Shown: in pieces, positions 44,615 through 55,700 of the stretch
Position numbering within the stretch: position 1 is the stretch's first letter
Layout: the number at the start of each line of letters is the position of its first letter
DNA from: Candidatus Peribacteria bacterium
Lineage (GTDB): Bacteria > Patescibacteriota > Gracilibacteria > Peribacterales > Peribacteraceae
DNA: 64,000 bases
Direction of reading: 5' to 3'
NCBI GenBank assembly: GCA_943357915.1
Contig: CALRGQ010000001.1
Coordinates: 6,816-70,815, forward strand
Position numbers and translations under genes: made by a program
The notes under the pieces: model-generated
Database searches by the model: none
The model's input: only the letters and a program-made list of their open reading frames with translations
Told to the model about the DNA's origin: nothing

Positions 44615-45835
44615 TTAGTGATGAATGAATCTGCGAAGTGCTCCCACATGTTCACTTCTGTTTCTGCGACGGATGGAAACATTTTCTTCCGTAGAGTGCA
44701 TGGAGATATTCAGAAGCACGCCGACACCGGCTAGTGTCGCGAGAAGTGAGGATCCGCCGTAGCTGATGAACGGCAGCGTGAGACCGGTGATAGGGAAGAG
44801 TGAGAGATTGACGCAGATATTCAAAAGTGTCTGGAATGCGATACAAGTCGTGATGCCGGTTGCGACCAGAAGTCCGAATCTATCAGGAGCGTTACGCGCA
44901 ACTCGGTAACCGCGATAGACAAAAATACCGTACAGCGAGAGCACGATCAGCAAACGCAAAAATCCAAGCTCCTCGGCCATCGCTGCAAAAATCGTATCGG
45001 ACTGCACTTCCGGAAGGTATCCGAATTTTTGAATCGACTTTCCATATCCGACGCCAAACATGCCACCGCTTCCGATGGCGATGAGCGCTTGATACACCTG
45101 AAATCCGATGCCCTCACGATACGTCATATCATCTGGATTAAAGAGTACATGGAGAAAGACGGTGAAACGATTTCGGACGTAATCTTTATTGAGAATAATT
45201 GGAAGACCGAGAAGTCCGGCTACTCCGGCACCGAGAAGCAGGTGCAAAATATTACCACCGGCGACAAAGAACATGACCGTCGCAATCACGGTGAAGACGA
45301 GGAACGAGCCGAGATCCGGCTGAGTGGCAACGAAAAAAGTAGAAATACACAATAAAATCACAAACGGGATGAATCCTTCCTGAAATGTCGCAATCGACGA
45401 TTCTTTCTTCTGAAGCCACACCGCAAGGTAAAACACGAGTGAAAGCTTCAGGAATTCTGATGGTTGTATCGAGAAAAATCCGAGGTACAGCCAGCTGCGG
45501 GCAGTGCCGTACTGATTACCGATGCCCGGTACGAATAAGAGGATCAGAAAACCCATGTTCAGCAGAAAAAAGATCCGAGCGTGCTTTTGCCAAAAGTGAT
45601 ACGGAATAATGCTCGTGACACCAAGTGCCGAGAGTGCGACAAGCATATGAATGAAGCTCCGCCATAAGTAAAAAGCATTGCTGGGCGCCGCCCACGTACC
45701 ACTCTCTACAAACCGCTGGGTCAGCTGATAGCTTTGGAACACCGAAACACTCGCGATCATGGCCAGCCCGAAGAGGGATAAGCCGAGTGCAATGCCAAGA
45801 AGAAGGAAATCCGCTCTCCGAAACATGGACCTCAA
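44615..45835 (-). CDS. ftsW: SEDS-family peptidoglycan glycosyltransferase (FtsW/RodA)
   Basis: About 10 TM segments. QPSEFLKL, GFQVYQALIAIGSGGMFGVGYGKS...LPEVQSDTIFAAMAEELGF, PFISYGGSS. Placement upstream of murG favours FtsW. Confidence 0.88.
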   Translation of the reverse strand: MRSMFRRADFLLLGIALGLSLFGLAMIASVSVFQSYQLTQRFVESGTWAAPSNAFYLWRSFIHMLVALSALGVTSIIPYHFWQKHARIFFLLNMGFLILLFVPGIGNQYGTARSWLYLGFFSIQPSEFLKLSLVFYLAVWLQKKESSIATFQEGFIPFVILLCISTFFVATQPDLGSFLVFTVIATVMFFVAGGNILHLLLGAGVAGLLGLPIILNKDYVRNRFTVFLHVLFNPDDMTYREGIGFQVYQALIAIGSGGMFGVGYGKSIQKFGYLPEVQSDTIFAAMAEELGFLRLLIVLSLYGIFVYRGYRVARNAPDRFGLLVATGITTCIAFQTLLNICVNLSLFPITGLTLPFISYGGSSLLATLAGVGVLLNISMHSTEENVSIRRRNRSEHVGALRRFIHH

Positions 45836-45874
45836 TCATACCCTGCGTGAGACATCTGTTGCTACACTTGCGAC

Positions 45875-46297
45875 ATGATTCTGCTCCTCGTTTCTCTGAT
45901 TGCGCTTGTACTATCGCTACTCGCTTCGTGGGCTGCGTCTGGCATGTCGCATCCGATCATTCTCATCCCAGGTCTTCTACAATTACAGCTCTCATATAAC
46001 GCAGGTATCGCATTCAGTATTCATATCCCTTCTCCATTTGAAGAAATTCTAATTTTTTCAGCGCTCGCTGGAGTATGTATCTATGCGATCAGATCAAAGC
46101 CAACTCGGCTTGCCTCCGTTGGATTTGGGTTCATTATCGGCGGAGCGGTCGCAAATCTTCTTGATCGGTTACCCGATGGTCTTGTTACTGATTACGTCGC
46201 GGTCGGAACATTTCCGATTTTTAACGCGGCAGATAGCTGTATTACGATTGGTGTGGGAATATTGCTTCTGGACGCATGGATTCATCGGAAAAAATAG
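45875..46297 (+). CDS. lspA: Lipoprotein signal peptidase II
   Basis: SYNAGIAFS, IIGGAVANLLDR, VTDYV, FPIFNAADSCITIG. Confidence 0.88.
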   Translation: MILLLVSLIALVLSLLASWAASGMSHPIILIPGLLQLQLSYNAGIAFSIHIPSPFEEILIFSALAGVCIYAIRSKPTRLASVGFGFIIGGAVANLLDRLPDGLVTDYVAVGTFPIFNAADSCITIGVGILLLDAWIHRKK

Positions 46298-46353
46298 TCT
46301 GAGAAATGAGTTTGTACGAAATATTTGACATTAGTTGATGGTTCTATAAAATT

Positions 46354-46944
46354 GTGTTTATGACTAATCCTACTGAAAATCCCGACAAAGTTGCAGTTAA
46401 TGAAGTTCCTACCATAGCCTTGACCACTGAAGAACTTAAGGAGCCGAAAAAAGTGAATTCTGGACATACTGTGTTTAGATTGCGGGACAAAATTCACCTC
46501 GCTGTAGCTTGGACTCTGCTAAGTTTCGGGGCGGGCGGAGTGGCGACGCTCGCAGCCCTTAACTATATGTCCGAAGAACAACCGGACGGAACGGTGCTTA
46601 GGGATGCCCCCGTAAATCTTACATTTGATGACATGGAAAGGAGAGCTCATAGAATACAGCACGAGCAAGATATCTTGAGAATACGTGTTGGGATATCACC
46701 GAATGCAGGTACGGACCTTCCTGCACTTGCTTTAGACATTAAAAATAATATTGATGATGCTCTTGAATTCAACCGAATGCTCAGGGAAGAGTACCCTGGA
46801 TTTCAGGTCGGAATGATCCAGCCTGATGATTCTCATAATCAAGCCGAAGGAATTGATTATATAATTCCATTAGAATTTACATCGATTAATATCAAGCCAA
46901 AAAAAAACGAAGAAGCAGCTGAAACGCCGAACGTGGGGGAGTAG
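46354..46944 (+). CDS. Hypothetical membrane-anchored protein
   Basis: AT-rich ORF with one TM segment (LAVAWTLLSFGAGGVATLAAL). No recognisable domain. Confidence 0.55.
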   Translation: MFMTNPTENPDKVAVNEVPTIALTTEELKEPKKVNSGHTVFRLRDKIHLAVAWTLLSFGAGGVATLAALNYMSEEQPDGTVLRDAPVNLTFDDMERRAHRIQHEQDILRIRVGISPNAGTDLPALALDIKNNIDDALEFNRMLREEYPGFQVGMIQPDDSHNQAEGIDYIIPLEFTSINIKPKKNEEAAETPNVGE

Positions 46945-47012
46945 TTACGTAGGCCTTTCTTGGACGATCTCATACGATTGTCGGTATATCGAGTAAAATG
47001 TATGATGGCAGA

Positions 47013-48278
47013 ATGAACATCCAGTATCGCATCCAGGGCGGGCACCCGCTCATCGGCACGGTAGACATTGGGGGCTCGAAGAACGCTGCACTGCCGCTTC
47101 TTGCAGGGTCTGTGCTCTGCAAGGGGGATCAGGTATTTACGAATATGCCGAAGTTGCGGGACACGCAGACAATGTTTGCGATTCTGGAATTTCTCGGTGC
47201 ACGTGTCGATATCAATGGCTCAACGGTCACGATCAATACCGATGCGCTAAGAAGCGCACCTATTCCACACGATCTCGTGAGTAAGCTCCGAGGATCCATC
47301 GTACTTTTGGGTCCGCTGCTTGCACGATTTGGTGAGGTAGAGATGGCATATCCGGGCGGCTGTGTCCTCGGCAAGCGCCCCGTGTTGGCGCATGTTGATG
47401 CGCTCGTCCAAATGGGAGCGAAAGACAATAGCTCACACGCCAAACTGCATTTGAAAGGAACGCTCCAACCGAGCCATGTCATCCTTTCAGAATTTTCTGT
47501 AACAGCAACCGAGATCATCTTACTTGCCGCAGCGCTCGTGCCAGGCGAAACGACTATCGAGCTCGCAGCGGCAGAACCTCATGTGCAAGATGTGTGTCAC
47601 TTCCTCACCGAACACGGCATCGCTGTGCAGGGCATCGGGTCACATTCTCTTTCTATAAAGGGCGCAAAAGGATTACTCGCCGCCAAGCCACATGCCGTCA
47701 CCTCAGATTATTTGGAGGCTGGCGTTTTTCTCATCGCGGGCATCATCACAAAAGGAAAGGTGACGGTTCGCCATGCCGACCATCAGCATCTGACATCATT
47801 TATCGGGGCTCTTCGGAGAGCAGGAGCGTCCTGTGTCATTGCCCCAAATGGAGACATCACCGTCGACGGTGCTGCATCCACACTCAAAGCAACGCGTATT
47901 CAGACAAATATTTTTCCAGGATTCCCGACCGATCTACAGGCGCCATTTGGCGTGCTGCTGACCCAAGCAGACGGTGTCAGTCGGATTTTTGAGGTGCTGT
48001 TTGAAGGCCGCATGGCGTATCTCTATGAACTCGAAAAAATGGACGCCCGCATCGAAATTTTAAACTCCCACCAAGCACTCGTCATCGGTCCGTGCCAGCT
48101 GCGTGGCAGGCACGTCGTCAGTAACGACATTCGCGCAGGTGCGGCAATGGTGCTTGCCGGTCTCTGTGCGGAGGGAGAAACGGTCATCAGCGATGTTCAG
48201 TACATCGAACGTGGCTACGACTGCCTGGAAGAGAAGCTAAAGTCACTTGGGGCGAATATCGTGCGAGAAGAGGTCTAA
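47013..48278 (+). CDS. murA: UDP-N-acetylglucosamine 1-carboxyvinyltransferase
   Basis: MNIQYRIQGGHPLIGTVDIGGSKNAALPLLAGSVL, YPGGCVLGKRPV (catalytic Cys loop), FPGFPTDLQAPF, DIRAGAAMVLAGL. Confidence 0.93.
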   Translation: MNIQYRIQGGHPLIGTVDIGGSKNAALPLLAGSVLCKGDQVFTNMPKLRDTQTMFAILEFLGARVDINGSTVTINTDALRSAPIPHDLVSKLRGSIVLLGPLLARFGEVEMAYPGGCVLGKRPVLAHVDALVQMGAKDNSSHAKLHLKGTLQPSHVILSEFSVTATEIILLAAALVPGETTIELAAAEPHVQDVCHFLTEHGIAVQGIGSHSLSIKGAKGLLAAKPHAVTSDYLEAGVFLIAGIITKGKVTVRHADHQHLTSFIGALRRAGASCVIAPNGDITVDGAASTLKATRIQTNIFPGFPTDLQAPFGVLLTQADGVSRIFEVLFEGRMAYLYELEKMDARIEILNSHQALVIGPCQLRGRHVVSNDIRAGAAMVLAGLCAEGETVISDVQYIERGYDCLEEKLKSLGANIVREEV

Positions 48279-48295
48279 TCAACTATACTGCCTAC

Positions 48296-48826
48296 ATGAT
48301 CACCTTCTCTTCTTCCGACGGCGCAGCGTGTACGGTAAAAACCGACTCAGCAACTTTCGAGGTCTTTCCGACCAAAGTCCCAAAAGACACTTGGTGCTTG
48401 CTAAGCCACCCTGAAGAGGAACTCCTGAATAAAAAAGCAGTGAGCTGGCCAGGTGAATATGACTTTGGAGGCGTCACGGTTCGGGCAGTCGGCCAAGGAG
48501 AGGGCAAACAGGTGTCCTACGCGTGCCACACCGAAAACATCCGTATCGCATTTGTTGATACACCGGTTCTGGATTGGACAGATGCTGAAATCGAGAAGCT
48601 TGGCGACGTGGACGTCCTTCTGATCGCCGCGGATAACCCAAAGAAGATCACACCGTTTCTGGAAGCCGTTGATCCTCGAGTTATCATTCTCTTTACCGTT
48701 AAAGACGGTGATCTTGCTGGTGTGTCCAAAGCATGCGGAGCGGCGAATGCCGAAACTGTCTCGGAGTTCAAGGTAAAACCAAGCTCACTGCCTTCGGACT
48801 CAAGGCAGGTTGTGGTTCTGAAGTAA
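48296..48826 (+). CDS. Hypothetical protein (176 aa)
   Basis: Clean ORF 17 nt after murA. I see no diagnostic motif. Confidence 0.6.
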   Translation: MITFSSSDGAACTVKTDSATFEVFPTKVPKDTWCLLSHPEEELLNKKAVSWPGEYDFGGVTVRAVGQGEGKQVSYACHTENIRIAFVDTPVLDWTDAEIEKLGDVDVLLIAADNPKKITPFLEAVDPRVIILFTVKDGDLAGVSKACGAANAETVSEFKVKPSSLPSDSRQVVVLK

Positions 48827-48863
48827 TCAGAGGTCTGATGATGTATTGTAGGGTTGGTTTTGT

Positions 48864-48938
48864 GGTTCCATAGTTCAATGGATAGAACGACCCTCTCCTA
48901 AGGGGTAAATGCAGGTTCGACTCCCGCTGGGACCACCA
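48864..48938 (+). tRNA. tRNA-Arg (anticodon CCU), CCA encoded
   Basis: Acceptor GGTTCCA/TGGGACC, D arm GTTC-AATGGATA-GAAC, anticodon stem ACCCT/GGGGT with loop CTCCTAA, and T arm GCAGG-TTCGACT-CCCGC with one A-C mismatch. Confidence 0.8.
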
Positions 48939-48984
48939 TCTTCTCAACCTTTGAACCTTTGAAGATCATCAATACAATCTACAT

Positions 48985-49425
48985 ATGTCGAAAGAATCTG
49001 CTGAAAACTGTGTGTTCTGCAAAATCCTCAAAGGTGAAATCGAAGCAAGTTTTGTGTATGAAGACGAAGAAGTGGTCGCATTCTTGGATATAGAACCTGT
49101 AAACGAAGGCCATGTGCTGGTTATCCCGAGAGTTCATGTGCCCCATTTGAATGACTTGAATGATGAGACCCTTGGCCACATGGCAAAGGTTGCAGGGAAA
49201 ATTACGAAGGCAATTCGGAAAAGCGATGTTCGAAGCGAGGGCATGAATTTGTTCTTATCTGATGATGAGGCGGCAGGTCAGGATGTGTGGCATGCACATC
49301 TTCATGTCTTTCCACGATTTAAAGATGATGGGTTCGGCCTAAAACATGACCCTAAAAAGAATCATCTGCATCCGCCTCGTGCAAAGCTCAATGAGCTGGC
49401 TGAAAAGCTAAAGAAATATCTATGA
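48985..49425 (+). CDS. HIT-family nucleotide hydrolase/transferase
   Basis: CVFCKILKGEI, NEGHVLVIP, histidine triad HAHLHVFPR. Confidence 0.9.
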   Translation: MSKESAENCVFCKILKGEIEASFVYEDEEVVAFLDIEPVNEGHVLVIPRVHVPHLNDLNDETLGHMAKVAGKITKAIRKSDVRSEGMNLFLSDDEAAGQDVWHAHLHVFPRFKDDGFGLKHDPKKNHLHPPRAKLNELAEKLKKYL

Positions 49426-49484
49426 TTTTGGCATCCATACAACAAAAACCAGCGTAAAATAAGTGGAAACACTCTGGCTACCAC
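49411..49484 (+). repeat. Direct repeat copy A (spans the HIT stop codon and downstream spacer)
   Basis: Gapless alignment with 50237-50310. ATGATTTTGGC is identical, and about 78% identity holds over the following 52 nt (AAAACCAGCG, ACTCTGG.TACCA). Confidence 0.55.
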
Positions 49485-49525
49485 GTTGCGTTCCGTTTTA
49501 CATCAACGTTCTCTAAAATTGATTC

Positions 49526-50251
49526 ATGGCTTTACATGGACCAAAGACACAGAAGAATATATTCGGCCTCATTCTGAGTAGCTATTTTCATGGCGATACA
49601 ACGCCTTACTCGGTTGTGCGAGATGATGGCCATGTTGAATATCCAAATGACCCTACTGAATACCTTTCCGTAGAAGATTGGTATCTGAAAAACGCCAAGG
49701 GAAAGGTACTAGATGTCGGCTGCGGGTCAGGCAGTTATTTACTCGCTTTTCAGAAAAAAGGCTTATCTGCGTACGGTATCGATATTGATGAACAGTGTAT
49801 CCAATTATGTAAAGAACGAGGACTACAAAGTTTGTGGAAGGAAAATATCCTAAAACCAACTCGGACTAAAAAACTTCTGTTTGATACGATTGTTTTAGCA
49901 GGAAATAACCTTGGGATTGCCGGTAGCTTAGAGAATATAGAAAAGATGCTTCGGCATTTCCATGACATCACTACCGAGCAGGGAACTGTCATCGGCGAGG
50001 GGCTAAATTTTACAAAGACAACAAGTCCGGTACACAAGAAGTATGCTGATATGCAGCGCAAAAAAGGCCGATTCGCCGGTGTGATGACAATGCGCTTGGA
50101 CTACAAAGATATGGTTGGCGAATGGTTTGATTGGATTCATACGCCTGAAAAAGAGTTGAAGGCCATAGCAAAGAAAACTGGTTGGAAGGTTGAATCGACG
50201 CAGAAAAAGGATGGAGTTCACTACAGATTCATTTTGAAGAAAGTTCCATGA
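49526..50251 (+). CDS. Class I SAM-dependent methyltransferase
   Basis: Motif I VLDVGCGSGSYL, followed by an acidic loop GIDID. Confidence 0.85.
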   Translation: MALHGPKTQKNIFGLILSSYFHGDTTPYSVVRDDGHVEYPNDPTEYLSVEDWYLKNAKGKVLDVGCGSGSYLLAFQKKGLSAYGIDIDEQCIQLCKERGLQSLWKENILKPTRTKKLLFDTIVLAGNNLGIAGSLENIEKMLRHFHDITTEQGTVIGEGLNFTKTTSPVHKKYADMQRKKGRFAGVMTMRLDYKDMVGEWFDWIHTPEKELKAIAKKTGWKVESTQKKDGVHYRFILKKVP

Positions 50252-50310
50252 TTTTGGCCTAGATAAAACCAAAACCAGCGCAGAACATGTAGGAATACTC
50301 TGGTTACCAT
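50237..50310 (+). repeat. Direct repeat copy B (spans the methyltransferase stop codon and downstream spacer)
   Basis: See copy A. The offset is 826 bp. It ends at the stop of the convergent gene 50310..52142. Confidence 0.55.
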
Positions 50311-52142
50311 CACTCATGATCTGTGCTTCCCCCTACCATCCGTCTGATGTTTTCCATATGCGACCTAGCCTGAGCATTCTCCGGCTGTAGTTTCACCACC
50401 GCTTCCAGCTCCGTAAGCGACTCTTGTAACCGGCCCTGCTCCGCCAATAATTCGGCAAGATGGAAGTGCGCATCGACGAAACCAAAGTCTAATGCGATTG
50501 TGCGTCGGTAAGCCGCTTCAGCTTCAGTAAGTTTGCCATATTTCTGCAGTGTCACAGCTAGGTTGTACTGCGCTTCCGCTATACCGGTGCCGAATGTAGC
50601 CGCCTCGGTAAAGAGTTTCAGTGCTCCAGAAACGTCACCCTCTTTCTCTAATATTCCGGCAAGAAAGTAATACGCCGTAAGGTCGTCACTTCGCACACGT
50701 TTCGTCGTATCGATGGCATCAATGGCCGAACGGTACTCGGCGCGGGCTTCAGTAGAACGTTCTTGTTTCATGAGCAGTCCCGCCAGGTTCATCCGTGGCA
50801 GAATAAAATGTGGATTACGTTCTATGGCGTGACGGAATTCTTTTTCTGCGGCTGCGGTTTTGTCTGCATTCATAAAATTCACACCCAGATTGTTGTACGC
50901 AAGTGCATGCTCAGGAGCAGTGCTGATCACACGCATCATCAATGCTTCATCTGTTTGCCAGTGTTTGGCTTGCGCGTATGTGAGAACACTGAGCATGCTA
51001 AAAATGCACGCAATAGCTACCTGCCATAGTGTCGCAAAAGCCTGTTGCCGCTTCTGAAGCACTGCATACACATGCATAACACTCACGCCAAAAATCCACG
51101 CAACTCCCACACATGCCAAGTACGCGTAACGGTCCGATGTGACGTATAACTCGCCGTTTTTTGTGAATGTGAGAAAACTTGGTGCAAATCCAATCATGAA
51201 GAGTACTGCACTTTTCCAGAGAACCGGCAATCGTCGGCGTAGAAGAAACATGAGAACGCCAACTGTTAAGACACCAATCATCGGCAACCAGAACTCTGGT
51301 GAGAGAAGCGTTACCGGGGTCAACTGCGGATACAGTGGCGAAAGTTGAACGGGGAAAAAGACCTTCCCAAGCGTCATCATGAGCGCTTTAGCGGACAAGA
51401 GCGGGTAGTACTGGAGTGGGATCGCCGCACCGAATGTTTGCAACTTTCCGATGATGGCAATGATCGCAAACAAGACGCTCAGAGCACCGGATGGCGCAAG
51501 TGTCATGAATTTTTGCTTCAGTGTCTTCTCATCATGCAGAAGAAGAACCAGAAGAAATATCGGCAGTAGTAGCACTGTCACTTTTGCGAGTAACCCAAAC
51601 AAAAATGCTGTAAGTGCCAACCAGTACCAGCGTTTCTGGAAGCCGTAAACGTACTGCAAGAAGCAATTAAGCGAGAGTAAGCCAAACATCGTCGATAGTA
51701 GATCTTTACGAGCTGAGACCCAGAGCACTGCTTCTGCATTGAGTGGATGCACAGCAAACAATAATGCACCGAGAAACGCAGCAATGCGCCCGGCTCGAAG
51801 TTGTAGGAGTAGCCAGAATACAAGTAGCACATTCAGTGTGTGCAGTAGGACATTGTGGAAGTGAAAGATGCTGGGATCTAATCCGCCCAGTGAAAAATCT
51901 AGATGGTAACTGAGAAAAGTCAGCGGCACATACAGCTCCGGATCATACGATGTGAAGGTTTGCCAAAGCGTTGCGATGCTGAGTGGTTGCTGAATCAGTG
52001 GATTGCTGACGACCAGCGTTCCGTCATCAATCGAGACAAAACCAAAGTGAACGGATGACCAGTACAGTCCGACTGATACTATGACCAAGAGGCAAGCTAG
52101 CGGGACAAGGCCAGTGGAGCGCATCAAAAGGGAACGACTCAT
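50310..52142 (-). CDS. Polytopic membrane glycosyltransferase-like protein (PMT/TMTC-like N-terminus) fused to C-terminal TPR repeats
   Basis: About 10 N-terminal TM helices beginning ...FVSIDDGTLVVSNPLIQ...YDPELYVPLTFLSY. The C-terminal TPRs include AYNNLGVNFMNADKTAAAEKEFRHAIERNP and AQYNLAVTLQKYGKLTEAEAAYRRTIALD. Confidence 0.8.
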   Translation of the reverse strand: MSRSLLMRSTGLVPLACLLVIVSVGLYWSSVHFGFVSIDDGTLVVSNPLIQQPLSIATLWQTFTSYDPELYVPLTFLSYHLDFSLGGLDPSIFHFHNVLLHTLNVLLVFWLLLQLRAGRIAAFLGALLFAVHPLNAEAVLWVSARKDLLSTMFGLLSLNCFLQYVYGFQKRWYWLALTAFLFGLLAKVTVLLLPIFLLVLLLHDEKTLKQKFMTLAPSGALSVLFAIIAIIGKLQTFGAAIPLQYYPLLSAKALMMTLGKVFFPVQLSPLYPQLTPVTLLSPEFWLPMIGVLTVGVLMFLLRRRLPVLWKSAVLFMIGFAPSFLTFTKNGELYVTSDRYAYLACVGVAWIFGVSVMHVYAVLQKRQQAFATLWQVAIACIFSMLSVLTYAQAKHWQTDEALMMRVISTAPEHALAYNNLGVNFMNADKTAAAEKEFRHAIERNPHFILPRMNLAGLLMKQERSTEARAEYRSAIDAIDTTKRVRSDDLTAYYFLAGILEKEGDVSGALKLFTEAATFGTGIAEAQYNLAVTLQKYGKLTEAEAAYRRTIALDFGFVDAHFHLAELLAEQGRLQESLTELEAVVKLQPENAQARSHMENIRRMVGGSTDHE

Positions 52143-52243
52143 AACGTTTCTGAAGTGTAGGGCGTGGCGGATGTAAGCTCAATGTGCCAATAACGGGTTC
52201 TCTCTGACGTGATTCTTCCTACGATCCCTTCTACAATGCACGC

Positions 52244-52783
52244 ATGCCAACCTACGCAGCATTCCTTAGAGGTATCAACGTCGGAGGGAATAAGAAGGTT
52301 CCGATGAAGGAACTCGCTACTGCGCTTGAGAAGGTAGGCTTCAAGAACGTGAAGACGTTGCTGAATAGTGGCAATGTTCTCGTCGACACGACGGAGAAGA
52401 ATTCGTCCACAATCGCAAAGAAGATTGAAGCGATCATCGAAAATAAATTCGGCTTTGGCGCGCATACTATTGTCCGGCCAATAGAAGATCTGGTGACGCT
52501 TGCAAAAACTGATCCGTTCAAAGGCATTGCCGTTACGGACGCAACGCGGCTCTACATCACGTTCCTCTCGGAAAAGCCGGCCTCAAAACTACAGATTCCA
52601 TACATGTCACCCGATAAGAGTTATCGCATTCTCCGCGTCACGCCAACGGAGATCATCAGTGTCCTAACGCTTTCAGCGTCCGCTGGAACAACCGAAGCGA
52701 TGGGAATCTTGGAAAAAGAATTCGGCAAGAACATCACGACGCGAAACTGGAATACGGTGCAGAAACTGCTACAGAAGGGGTGA
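52244..52783 (+). CDS. DUF1697-family protein
   Basis: MPTYAAFLRGINVGGNKKVPMKELATALEKVGFKNVKTLLNSGNV is the family signature. Confidence 0.85.
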   Translation: MPTYAAFLRGINVGGNKKVPMKELATALEKVGFKNVKTLLNSGNVLVDTTEKNSSTIAKKIEAIIENKFGFGAHTIVRPIEDLVTLAKTDPFKGIAVTDATRLYITFLSEKPASKLQIPYMSPDKSYRILRVTPTEIISVLTLSASAGTTEAMGILEKEFGKNITTRNWNTVQKLLQKG

Positions 52784-52791
52784 GGCGTAGT

Positions 52792-55700
52792 TTACGCTCC
52801 TTTCTTCTTCACCAGCGCTGCTATCTGCTTTGTAAACACAGGCAACCAATCGTCAGTACCCGCTACCTTGATAAGATCCGATTCGGAGATCCGGAGTGTT
52901 GTCCCTACGATGCGCCATTGCGGGCAGAGTTGTAGGAGTTGCATGATTTCGGTGGCTGTGACGCGTGGAGCAAGGCTCACCACAATGTCGCGCTTTGTTG
53001 CAGACACAGTATCCATCTTTACCCGAACCACTCCGGCTCGGCGGCACGCCATCTTGAGCTTGATCACCCGTAGCAGGTTTCCCGCTTGTTTCGGTAGTGG
53101 GCCATATTCTTCGCGCAGATCTTCTTCAAATTCCGCCAACATCGCCTCGTCTTCTGAGCCGGCAAGTTTCTGGTACACACTTATTTTTTCTTGTTCGTCT
53201 GGAATGTAGAAAGCCGGCAAGAGTGCTTCGAATGGCAAAATAATTTCGATGGTCTGTGGCATGTCCTCTTCATCGCCTTTTCCGCCGGCTTTCAGTTCTT
53301 CCACGGCGCTTTTTAGTAGGCGCAAATAATGGCTAACACCGACGGTCTGCATGCTGCCGGATTGTGATGCTCCAAGGATTTCTCCAGCACCGCGGATTTC
53401 TAAGTCGCGCATGGCGATCTGGAAACCGCTACCGAGTTCACTGGCTTCGACGATGGCCCGAAGACGTTTCTTGGCATCATCTTTCAGACGCTGAGAGTGG
53501 TACAAGAAGTATGAATACGCCTGCACTGTTCCTCGGCCAACGCGGCCACGCAGCTGATAAAGCTGCGATAAACCAAACTTCTCGGCTTCGTTCACGATGA
53601 GCGTATTGGCTCTGGGTAAGTCAATACCGTTTTCGATAATCGTAGAACTGACAAGTACGGAATATTTGCCGTTTTTAAAATCAACGATGCGTTCTTCTAG
53701 AACGTCCGGCTTCAGTTGTCCGTGGGTCACCACAAACGTTGCCTGCGGCACGAGTGCCCGAAGCTTCATCGCGAAGGCGTCGATCGTCTCAACGCGATTG
53801 TGAAGCATGTAGACCTGTCCGCCGCGTGCGACCTCTTTCGTGATCGCCTCACGAACCAGTGCATCAGAATACTTGCGGACTTCAGTGATAATCGGGAGGC
53901 GGCCGGGGGGTGGGGTTGTGATCGTCGTGATATCACGAAGCTTGTGAAGCCCGAGATTGAGCGTGCGGGGGATAGGGGTCGCGGTCATTGTGAGAATATC
54001 GACGGATGAACGAATTTCTTTGAGTTTTTCTTTCTGTTTCACGCCAAACCGCTGCTCTTCATCGATAATCACAAGTCCGAGATCGCTGAACTGGATGTCA
54101 TCTTGGAGAAGCCGATGTGTCCCGACGACGATATCGACGGTTCCTTCCCGAAGTTTTCGAAGAGTTTCATTCTGCTGCTGTGCGGTTCGGAAGCGCGAAA
54201 GCACGTCGATCCTGACGTTGAATCCCTCCATACGTTTTAGAAGGCTCCGGTAATGCTGGTCTGTCAAAATCGTGATCGGCGAGAGGAACGCCACCTGCTT
54301 GCCTCCTTGGACTGCTTTAAATGCCGCACGCATGGCGACTTCGGTTTTTCCGAATCCAACGTCACCACAAATAAGGCGATCCATCGGCTGTCCGCTCTCC
54401 ATATCTTTTTTGATGTCTTCAATCGCTTTAATCTGCCCCGGCGTCTCGGTATATGGAAACGCGTCGTCAAATTTCTGCTGAATGTCACTGTCATCCGGGA
54501 AAGAATTGCCCTTGGCTTTTGCACGCTTGGCGTAAATCTCGAGTAGTTCTCTGGCAATTTTTTGAGTCTCCTCGCTCACTTTTTTCGTGACCTTCTTCCA
54601 CTCAGATGATCCAAGGCGCGTTAGGGTTGGCTCTTCACCTTCCTCATAGACGAATTTGCTGAGCTTATCCGCCTGATCAACGGGCACGAAGAGCTTATCG
54701 TTCTCAGCGTAGGTGATCTCAAGATATTCGCGTTCCATGTCATCCACCACTTTGGAGGTCATCCCATCAAACCGGCCGATGCCGTGCTCCATATGCACAA
54801 CGAAGTCTCCTACTTGGAGCGATGTAATAAAATCGAGAGCCAGGCGCTGCACGGAACGCTGCTTTGCCTCTTTACGCAGTGAGAAAATTTCACGATCCGT
54901 AATGAGCGCACACTTGAGGTCCGGGTTCTGGAGCGAGTGCGGCAAAAGTTCACTCTCGCCGGCAGGAACAATCGTTATTGAACCGGGTTTACGGTCTGGA
55001 GAATCCAAGAATTGGATTCGTTCCTCTTGTAACACTCCCTTTAGTTCATCGGCACGCTTACTCACGATGACGAGCGTCCAGCCTTGCTGCAACTTGTCTT
55101 TTACGTCATTCACAAAGTCCGGCAGCGTGTAGAATTTGAGTACTGAAAGATACCGAAGGTGCGCATGCACATCATCATCTTCAGGAAAACTTGTCAGTTT
55201 CACGATGTCACAGGTCGCCGGTTTTTCCATGTCCTCCTGCTCGTCCGTGACGAGGAGAGACGTTTCGGGGAACTGTTTGGAAAGCAGCTTTGTTTCACCC
55301 CACGCCAGCGGATAGATAATGATCGATTTTTGTTTTTCTGACGCGTCTTCGGTGTCTGCACGGATCTCTTCTACTGTGCCAAAAGAAAAGCTGATCTTGT
55401 ACTGCTTGTCTTCACCGACAGGAAAAACATCGAGCGTATCTCCAACCCGTCGGTACTCGCCCATGGATAAATGCTGGTCGGCTGAATGCTGGTAACCAAG
55501 ATCAATAATCGATGAAAAGAATGTTGTAAAATCAACCGTCTCACCAACCTTCAGGATGATGGCGTGTTCGTGAAACTCTTCAAATGATGGCATGGCTGTA
55601 TCCCACGTCGCACGGTCCATAACACCAATCCCTTCGCCTTTCATGAGTTTTACAACTGATGACACATCGTCGGCTGTCGGCTCCTCACCAAAGGTAACTC

